In this document: piece by piece, positions 57,901 to 64,000 of the stretch
Numbering within the stretch: position 1 is the first letter of the stretch
Layout: each line of letters starts with the position of its first letter
IMG/VR virus record: IMGVR_UViG_3300022752_000014
Length of the DNA: 64,000 bases
Origin: a virus
Lineage: Duplodnaviria > Caudoviricetes
Reading direction: 5' to 3' (one strand)
Program-made: the position numbers and the translations under genes
Notes under the pieces: generated by a model
What the model was told of the DNA's origin: nothing
What the model saw: the letters and a program-made list of their open reading frames with translations, nothing else
Database searches by the model: none

Positions 57901-58173
57901 CGTATTCTTACCAGTGGTCATTCTTTCGAATATATTGGTTCTGGTACTGATATAAATATATCAACACCTTTAAAGGGTGCCTTACCTATCAAAGCAAACG
58001 AAGTTGTTTTTTTGGATGGTGGGCAGGTTCCACATACTGCAACCGACCAACAAGGTAATTTTAATATTGGTGAAGGAATCCAAGTCAATCAATCTACGGC
58101 AACAATTACTGGAAGAGATTTCAGTAAGGCAATTCAAGCAGAAGTTACACCTTTAATACTTGCACTGAGATAA
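54925..58173 (+). CDS. Fibre/tailspike protein with 28-aa shaft repeats and a probable right-handed beta-helix domain
   Basis: 1082 aa; KLTIAAAAAIAQPGDTIMVRSGVYYE then SPYVRNCT, DSFTQYN..GIG, NGYAQLVSIFT. Confidence 0.7.
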   Translation: MPNYFYIQNQGVFVPTNQLAQSFAALNIVEKNSLGIGTDTLKPISNIDNPNWIADLQTKDLWGFSGSGDYASIYRMTKVGIKNDNPTDDLDITGTLRATDTVRFTKNEDSTNSTDGTLRVTGGVGISKRLFVGSNEDSTSTSTGAVQVTGGVGVTKKVFVGDTEDSTSTSTGALRVTGGVGVTKKVFVGDTEDSTSTSTGALRVTGGVGVTKKVFVGDTEDSTSTSTGALRVTGGVGVTKKVFIGDTEDSTNSTNGALRVVGGVGIGKTLNVGGATSISQTLNVEKATTLQTTLQVGIAGTVITTTGIGSVGIGTNLPSKGLDIANQVLLQKALYDSNRNVGYKTEFYKTPRTVLGQVAVGATGEVISDRFFDAANLIRLNLDFIAAEAVGFITSTSYKSPAFVVPGISSCKDDIKDILKAITFDITKGGNSQSVGAGLSYYNGASLIHITGNDVNGYSIKDATIVAITTAAQISQKVINNVLLTTSYQSGVSSIRQIRDLTIQDDASVNSNANIGGCSNVVSAIYTCAGIVTAIIGGGSGSAPTITQPDGKVVWVPPGTDVRNLVWVNKYGNDDNGGKTEGDAKLTIAAAAAIAQPGDTIMVRSGVYYENNPIGLRTDVSVTGQDLRLVTVVPQNSGKDVFHVRRGCLIENMNFACDTGQSNPGGGAVAFPPTDTSKISVSGYIAPGPATEGPSGRWRSPYVRNCTNFMPLSIGMKIDGNHATASTIGADLKSMVCDSFTQYNEAGIGVSITNNGYAQLVSIFTINCDIAIYCDTGGQCDLTNSNSSFGNFGLVAVGLGATEFTGKVNTTTTIETDKIVFKDVKDTPVGAGAIVRRPYDGQALWFKINLSNYNTGQVGVITAPLQRLKSITVVNGGSGYSQTTPPDITISPDPLGPEGIIAEVSATISDGGSITEVDIIDSGRNYLPNQNIEIKINGIVTNDLTAKMEPIYFTVSEATLPTPVTGITTVILNEFVPYLLYGDTDIEMKRISRILTSGHSFEYIGSGTDINISTPLKGALPIKANEVVFLDGGQVPHTATDQQGNFNIGEGIQVNQSTATITGRDFSKAIQAEVTPLILALR
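55282..55740 (+). repeat. 84-nt tandem repeat, 6 units
   Basis: VxGGVG units start at 55282, 55366, 55450, 55534, 55618 and 55702; the middle copies are nearly identical. Confidence 0.95.
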
Positions 58174-58176
58174 AAA

Positions 58177-58830
58177 ATGGCAATTGCACCAGTCAATAAA
58201 TTTATAACAATTGCAGTTCCGGTTGCTCCTGGAGAACAAGTAATTTACTCAACTCCAACCGGAAGATCATCAATCATTCTTTATGCACAAGTATCAAATG
58301 TTGCGGCAGCATCTACTTTTCCAAGAGTTTCATTTACACATCGAAGAAAAACAAATAAGACTGGATATATTAGAAATAATCGAATTATAAAAGAAGCAAA
58401 AATACCTCCAAATGATAGTTTGATTATTATTGATGGAAGATTAGTTCTACAAAGAGATGCTATAATTTCAGATTCCGTTGTAATTGTAGGAGTTCAGTCT
58501 GGTATTACTAGCATTACGAACTGTTTATATGATTTTAATACTGGTATTACTACTGTTACTACACTAACCAATCATAATTTTTCAGTTGGTAGTGAAATTA
58601 CGATGAGTGGTCTTGCATTTACTTGCTCTCCAGGAAGTAGTGGAGTTACAACAACTATTTTCCCATCTCCACAATCTGCATTTACTGTAACTGGCGTTGT
58701 TGGTTTAACCACTTTTGTTACAAATACTGGACCAATTGGATTTGCTCATACTTATGTAAGTGGTGGATTAGTTGCACCACTTCAAATGGAGTTTATTTGT
58801 AGTATTTTGGAAAATAATATTGCCGCATAA
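58177..58830 (+). CDS. Virion structural protein
   Basis: MAIAPVNKF...[19 protein letters not shown]...[15 protein letters not shown]. Confidence 0.55.
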   Translation: MAIAPVNKFITIAVPVAPGEQVIYSTPTGRSSIILYAQVSNVAAASTFPRVSFTHRRKTNKTGYIRNNRIIKEAKIPPNDSLIIIDGRLVLQRDAIISDSVVIVGVQSGITSITNCLYDFNTGITTVTTLTNHNFSVGSEITMSGLAFTCSPGSSGVTTTIFPSPQSAFTVTGVVGLTTFVTNTGPIGFAHTYVSGGLVAPLQMEFICSILENNIAA

Positions 58831-58832
58831 TT

Positions 58833-61800
58833 ATGCCTAAAAAATATTTAACCGGAAGAGTTGAAAGAACACCTCAATCGGATATAACATCTGATAGATA
58901 TGAATTTCTTGATTTAGAACAGGCAGAACCAAATATTGGTGATCCTTTGGTTGGACCGTCTTCTATTGGAGCAAAACCTATTCCTCCGGGTCAACAATAT
59001 ATTGTGGTTTCAACCGGAATTGCCGGAGAACGTTATTGGATTCCAAATCAAGGTGGTATTATACCAGGAGCCATTAGTGTTTATAATGAAAATACTGCAG
59101 GACCTGCACCAAAAGGATTGGTTGGTGGACTTAGTAGCACAACACAATTAGTTTTTATTGGAAATTCAATTGATGTAACGGCACCATATGTCGGACCACC
59201 ATATCCACCAAATGTTAATATAACAATATCACCTCCGGGAAATAATGGAGAAGTATTATTTAAAGAATTAGATGATTTTGCAACATCACCAAAATTAGTT
59301 TTTAATAGTTCTGTTGGAATATTGACCATTGGAAATGGATTAAATGTTGGAAGTGGTGGAACAATATTTACCATTAAACCAACTGGATTGGTTGGTATAG
59401 GAACCATAAATCCAACACAGGAACTGGATGTAAATGGTGATATAAGATTAAGAGGAACGATATATGATTATACTAATAATCCCGGAAACACCAATGATAT
59501 ATTGATTAAAAACTTGTTTGGGGGATTAACTTGGGTAAATCAATTATCAGTTCGTTCCGGTGCAGGTGGAACTTACCAGAATGTTCAATATCATAATTCT
59601 GTTGGGTTAGTTGATGGTGCTGATATTTTTGTCTATGATGAAGTTAATGATCGTGTGGGTATTGGAAGTATTTATCCAAAAGTTACCTTTGACGTTTTAG
59701 GGATATCAAGTTTTACTGGAAATACTACTATTGATAATCTTAAGGTTGGGGTTGCAACCATAGGTACTCTTGGGGTTACTGGTCTTACCACAACAAGAAA
59801 TCTTGAGGTCATTGGTGTTGCAACCATAGCAACTTTGGGGGTAACGGGTCTTACAACAACCAAAGATTTAAGTGTAACAGGTGTTGCAACTGTAGCAACT
59901 TTGGGTGTTACTGGTCTTACCACAACAAGAAATCTTCAGGTCATTGGTGTTGCAACCATAGGTACTCTTGGTGTAACGGGTCTTACAACAACCAAAGATT
60001 TAAGTGTAACAGGTGTTGCAACTGTAGCAACTTTGGGTGTTACTGGTCTTACCACAACAAGAAATCTTCAGGTTACTGGTGTTGCTACGGTTGGAAATAT
60101 AAAAATTGATACTAATACGGTTTCTACCACAACTGGAAATCTTATTTTAGACTCAAGTGCAGGAACAACTCAAATTAATGATGCACTTTATATTAATGAT
60201 GCAACACAATCAACAACTAAAGATACTGGATCCATTATTACTGAAGGTGGTGTTGGAATTGAAGGTAATCTTAATGTTGGTGGAATTGTTAAGTTAGCAA
60301 CCTCTGGCGGAATTACAACAACCGGTGGGGATTTATATGTTGGTGGTAATTTATACACAAAAGAAGATTTTTATCTTGATGAAATTTATGCCAGATATGG
60401 AAAATTTAGTGAAAATTTAATTGTTCTTGGTTCGATGGGTGTTGGGACAGATACTCCATTAGACAAACTTGATGTTCGTGGTGCCATAACTGGTGTTACT
60501 AATATTAAGGCATCTGATAATGTTACTAACATTACTTTGACTTCTGGTACTCTAACTACTTTTGCCGGAGACATTAAAGTTGGTGGTAATGATATACAGT
60601 CCTCTGGTGGAACAACCTCTATTACTTTAAGTGGCGCTGATGTCGCCGTTGCCGGTGACTTAACCGTTACTGGTAATGATATTAAATCCAGTAGTGCAAC
60701 CTCACTTACCTTGAGTGGTGCTGATGTTGTCGTTGCAGGTGACTTAACTGTTACTGGTAATGATATTAAATCTAGTAGTGCAACGGCACTTACTTTAAGT
60801 GGTGCTAATGTCACAATTCCAGGTAATCTTAATGTTAATGGCAATGTAACTCTTGGTGATGCTAATACCGATACTGTTACTTATAATTCTAGAATTAATT
60901 CTGATGTATTACCATTAACAAATAACACTTATAATTTAGGTGGATCTAGTAATAAATGGAAAAAAGTATGGGCTACTGATTTTGAAGGTAAATTTATAGG
61001 TACTGCAGATAAAAGTGATTCTATTAAAACTGTAGTTACAGAAACAAATGATTCATTTTATCCAACTTTTGTTAATTTTAATAATAGTTCTGCTGCCTAT
61101 GAGGCATTATATACTAATAGTGGTATTTCATATAATCCTTCAACAGATGATTTAACTATTGGTGGTGACTTAACTGTTACTGGTAATGATATTAAATCTA
61201 GTAGTGCAACGGCACTTACTTTAAGTGGTGCTAATGTCACAATTCCAGGTAATCTTAATGTTAATGGCAATGTAACTCTTGGTGATGCTAATACCGATAC
61301 TGTTACTTATAATTCTAGAGTTGGTAGTGGTATTACACCATCAGTAAATAACACTTATGATTTAGGTGGATCTAGTAATAAATGGAAAAAAGTATGGGCT
61401 ACTGATTTTGAAGGTAAATTTATAGGTACTGCAGATAAGACTGATTTAGTTGCAACCGCAACAACCACAGGAACCGGATCTTATTATCCAACTTTTGTAG
61501 ACTCTAATAATAGTCCTGCTGCCTATGAGGCATTATATACTGATGGTGGTATTTCATATAATCCTTCAACTGATTTACTTTCCTTAACAAATTTAACCGT
61601 TTCTGGCATTTCTACATTTGAAGGCAATGTAACTCTTGGTGATGCTAATACCGATACTGTTACTTATAATTCTAGAGTTGGTAGTGGTATTACACCATCA
61701 GTAAATAACACTTATGATTTAGGTGGATCTAGTAATAAATGGAAAAAAGTATGGGCTACTGATTTTGAAGGTAAATTTATAGGTACTGCAGATAAGACTG

Positions 61801-63023
61801 ATTTAGTTGCAACCGCAACAACCACAGGAACCGGATCTTATTATCCAACTTTTGTAGACTCTAATAATAGTCCTGCTGCCTATGAGGCATTATATACTGA
61901 TGATGGTATTTCATATAATCCTTCAACTGATTTATTAACTGTTAGTAAAATTAAACCATCTCAAATCTTAGACTCTTCTTCAGCAACCGGAACTAATAAT
62001 TATGTTTTAACCGCAAATGGTTCTGGTGGTTGGACTTGGAAAGTTGCATCAACTGCTGGTGGTAATCCCACAATTGCCGGAATTACAATTCAGGAAGAAG
62101 GATCTACTGTAGGAACTGCTTTAGGGACACAAATTGTTAATTTTGTTGGACCTGGTGTTACGGCAACTGCCACTTCTGGTCCTGCAGGAACTGCAACTAT
62201 AACTTTCCAACAACAAGTTGGTCCTCCTGGTCCTCCTGGTCCTAGTGTTACTGGTCCTCCTGGTCCTAGTGTTACTGGTCCTCCTGGTCCTCCTGGTCCT
62301 AGTGTTACTGGTCCTCCTGGTCCTAGTGTTACTGGTCCTCCTGGTCCTAGTGTTACTGGTCCTCCTGGTCCTCCTGGTCCTCCTGGATCTGGTACTCAGG
62401 GTCCTCCTGGTCCTCCTGGTCCTCCTGGAGCTGGTACTCAGGGTCCTCCTGGTCCTCCTGGTGCTGGTACTCAGGGTCCTCCTGGTCCTCCTGGTCCTCC
62501 TGGAGCTGGTACTCAGGGTCCTCCTGGTCCTCCTGGTAGTGGAATACCTTATGGGGATCAAGGGCAAATTCAATGGAAGAATGGAAATCAATTTTATGCA
62601 AATAGTTATACAGTTACTGATGGATATAATTTGCTTATTGGTGGTAATATTTACGCATTTTATTCTGATGAAAGATTAAAGGAGAATATCACCACAATTT
62701 CAAGTCCTCTTGAAAAACTGCTTACTCTAAGAGGAGTTACTTTTAATAATAATAAACTTGCAGAACAGTACGGGTACTATGATAAAGAAGAAAAAGTTGG
62801 AGTAATTGCTCAAGATATCGAAAAGGTATTACCACAGATTGTAGTTCCTGCTCCATTTGATGTTTTCATAGATAAAAATGGGAATAAATATTCAAAGAGT
62901 GGTGAAAATTATAAAACAGTTGATTATCCTAAATTAACTGCCCTGTTAATTGAAGCAGTTAAAAAACAACAGGAAATAATCGTAGATTTACAAAATCGTG
63001 TAAAAAAATTGGAGAATATGTAA
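58833..63023 (+). CDS. Long tail fibre with internal duplications, a collagen-like segment and an S74 chaperone
   Basis: 1396 aa; GPP tract; [10 protein letters not shown]...LRGVTF...VGVIAQD...[15 protein letters not shown]. Confidence 0.85.
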   Translation: MPKKYLTGRVERTPQSDITSDRYEFLDLEQAEPNIGDPLVGPSSIGAKPIPPGQQYIVVSTGIAGERYWIPNQGGIIPGAISVYNENTAGPAPKGLVGGLSSTTQLVFIGNSIDVTAPYVGPPYPPNVNITISPPGNNGEVLFKELDDFATSPKLVFNSSVGILTIGNGLNVGSGGTIFTIKPTGLVGIGTINPTQELDVNGDIRLRGTIYDYTNNPGNTNDILIKNLFGGLTWVNQLSVRSGAGGTYQNVQYHNSVGLVDGADIFVYDEVNDRVGIGSIYPKVTFDVLGISSFTGNTTIDNLKVGVATIGTLGVTGLTTTRNLEVIGVATIATLGVTGLTTTKDLSVTGVATVATLGVTGLTTTRNLQVIGVATIGTLGVTGLTTTKDLSVTGVATVATLGVTGLTTTRNLQVTGVATVGNIKIDTNTVSTTTGNLILDSSAGTTQINDALYINDATQSTTKDTGSIITEGGVGIEGNLNVGGIVKLATSGGITTTGGDLYVGGNLYTKEDFYLDEIYARYGKFSENLIVLGSMGVGTDTPLDKLDVRGAITGVTNIKASDNVTNITLTSGTLTTFAGDIKVGGNDIQSSGGTTSITLSGADVAVAGDLTVTGNDIKSSSATSLTLSGADVVVAGDLTVTGNDIKSSSATALTLSGANVTIPGNLNVNGNVTLGDANTDTVTYNSRINSDVLPLTNNTYNLGGSSNKWKKVWATDFEGKFIGTADKSDSIKTVVTETNDSFYPTFVNFNNSSAAYEALYTNSGISYNPSTDDLTIGGDLTVTGNDIKSSSATALTLSGANVTIPGNLNVNGNVTLGDANTDTVTYNSRVGSGITPSVNNTYDLGGSSNKWKKVWATDFEGKFIGTADKTDLVATATTTGTGSYYPTFVDSNNSPAAYEALYTDGGISYNPSTDLLSLTNLTVSGISTFEGNVTLGDANTDTVTYNSRVGSGITPSVNNTYDLGGSSNKWKKVWATDFEGKFIGTADKTDLVATATTTGTGSYYPTFVDSNNSPAAYEALYTDDGISYNPSTDLLTVSKIKPSQILDSSSATGTNNYVLTANGSGGWTWKVASTAGGNPTIAGITIQEEGSTVGTALGTQIVNFVGPGVTATATSGPAGTATITFQQQVGPPGPPGPSVTGPPGPSVTGPPGPPGPSVTGPPGPSVTGPPGPSVTGPPGPPGPPGSGTQGPPGPPGPPGAGTQGPPGPPGAGTQGPPGPPGPPGAGTQGPPGPPGSGIPYGDQGQIQWKNGNQFYANSYTVTDGYNLLIGGNIYAFYSDERLKENITTISSPLEKLLTLRGVTFNNNKLAEQYGYYDKEEKVGVIAQDIEKVLPQIVVPAPFDVFIDKNGNKYSKSGENYKTVDYPKLTALLIEAVKKQQEIIVDLQNRVKKLENM
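59748..60090 (+). repeat. 66-nt tandem repeat ([16 protein letters not shown]), 5 full units and a partial sixth
   Basis: Units start at 59748, 59814, 59880, 59946, 60012 and 60078. Confidence 0.9.
60738..61935 (+). repeat. Long internal duplications (426-nt and 357-nt offsets)
   Basis: 60738 matches 61164; 61266 matches 61623 over about 310 nt nearly identically. Confidence 0.9.
62220..62537 (+). repeat. Collagen-like GPP repeat with regular interruptions
   Basis: ggtcctcct units, with 5x GPSVT and 4x G(S/A)GTQ. Confidence 0.95.
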
Positions 63024-63710
63024 ATGTCAATACCAGGAAATACGGTTAGTTTTTTGGATATTCAGAATGAATATGGCGGAAATAATCCTATTGCAATAAA
63101 TGAATATTATCGTGATACTTCAAATTCACTTAATACCAGATATGTTGTAAATAAACAGGCTGGTTCGGACCATCCAAATACCTCAAGTATCGCTAGTTCT
63201 GGACAAATAAATCTTGGAAGTTTTCGAAACACAACATGTCTATTAGGATTTAATAGATATTATTGTTCAGGTTGTGGCAACCCAAATTATGGTTCCGCAG
63301 GTCGTCATTTTTATACTTATGCACCTGGTGTTGAATATATTGGTTATCCTAATTACTATCAGATAGAAATATATAATTATTTTTATATTTTTAGTACTTC
63401 ATTTATTTCTAATGAACAACCATTATATCGTTTCTTTTCCCGATATACTAATGGCGGCGCAGATACAGGTAGCGGAGGTCACCTTCTTACTACTAATCAG
63501 AATGAGGGTGCTGGACTCGATTTTGAGGGTATAGTGGGATTTGTTAGAACTTATCCATCACCAAATTCAAGAGGTATTTACCGTTCACATAAGGATGGGG
63601 ACTGGTTATATTCTTTTGATCAGAATGAAGGTCCAAATGCTAATTATTCTGCTGATAATAATAACAATCCTGTATTTTATGTATATGATAATATTAATTG
63701 GAGAGCTTAA
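63024..63710 (+). CDS. Fibre-tip/adhesin-like protein with a DUF5648-like domain
   Basis: SFLDIQNEYGG.NPI.INEYYR N-terminus; PLYRFF...GHLLTT...FEGIVG.V. Confidence 0.55.
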   Translation: MSIPGNTVSFLDIQNEYGGNNPIAINEYYRDTSNSLNTRYVVNKQAGSDHPNTSSIASSGQINLGSFRNTTCLLGFNRYYCSGCGNPNYGSAGRHFYTYAPGVEYIGYPNYYQIEIYNYFYIFSTSFISNEQPLYRFFSRYTNGGADTGSGGHLLTTNQNEGAGLDFEGIVGFVRTYPSPNSRGIYRSHKDGDWLYSFDQNEGPNANYSADNNNNPVFYVYDNINWRA

Positions 63711-63792
63711 AATTTAAAATATCATTTTAAGAACTAATGTGCCTGGTTGTCCTCCTGATTTTAAATTCTACTAATAATATTGCCGCATAATT

Positions 63793-64000
63793 ATGAAAAA
63801 CAAATATTTATCTGGGAAAGTTGAAAGAACACCTCAATCGGATATAACATCTGATAGATATGAATTTCTTGATTTAGAACAGGCAGAACCAAATCTTGGT
63901 GATCCTTTGGTTGGACCGTCTTCTATTGGAGCAAAACCTATTCCTCCGGGTCAACAATATATTGTGGTTTCAACCGGAATTGCCGGAGAACGTTATTGGA
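63793..64000 (+). CDS. Second copy of the long tail fibre gene (5' end, truncated by the window)
   Basis: [38 protein letters not shown]...; 58859-59040 vs 63819-64000 differ at 1 nt. Confidence 0.85.
   Translation, partial: MKNKYLSGKVERTPQSDITSDRYEFLDLEQAEPNLGDPLVGPSSIGAKPIPPGQQYIVVSTGIAGERYW

Noticed and set aside
1838-60844. Many short antisense or alternate-frame ORFs in the track (e.g. 3927, 47392, 55362, 60386)
   Set aside because: They lie wholly within longer motif-bearing genes, lack RBS or promoter support, and are expected from Gly/Thr/Val-biased codons.
62121-62679. Alternative-frame ORFs (poly-LV, poly-RT, QED repeats)
   Set aside because: Shadows of the ggtcctcct collagen repeat.
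1-64000. tRNA, rRNA or photosynthesis genes
   Set aside because: No intergenic gap showed a cloverleaf or T-loop consensus, and no psbA/hli-like ORF was recognised. By-eye check only.

Overview
AT-rich 64 kb segment of a large T4-like cyanomyovirus (Kyanoviridae-like; inferred from gene content and order, possibly freshwater). 1-22.6 kb: fibre genes, several followed by Gly-rich adhesin-like genes, with an inserted pair of 2OG-Fe(II) oxygenases. 22.6-33.6 kb: three paralogous 12-blade (2x6) kelch-like beta-propeller genes with hypervariable loops, interleaved with two glycosyltransferases, a sulfotransferase and two 2OG-Fe(II) oxygenases. This is the most system-like accessory locus. 33.6-41.4 kb: a candidate sRNA, glutaredoxin, small conserved ORFs, thyX, a GIY-YIG endonuclease, phoH, exonuclease, gp33, gp59 and gp32. 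41.4-54.2 kb: baseplate/tail module (gp53, gp48, gp2-like, gp4, gp54, gp26, gp51, hub proteins, M23+lysozyme protein, split gp5). It includes a nonsense-inactivated GIY-YIG gene flanked by a perfect 31-bp direct repeat. 54.2-64 kb: fibre/tailspike genes with internal tandem repeats, a collagen/S74 fibre, a tip protein and the start of a near-identical second copy of that fibre gene 4960 bp downstream. No tRNA, rRNA, CRISPR array or reverse transcriptase was seen. All product names come from motif recognition by eye; no searches were run.
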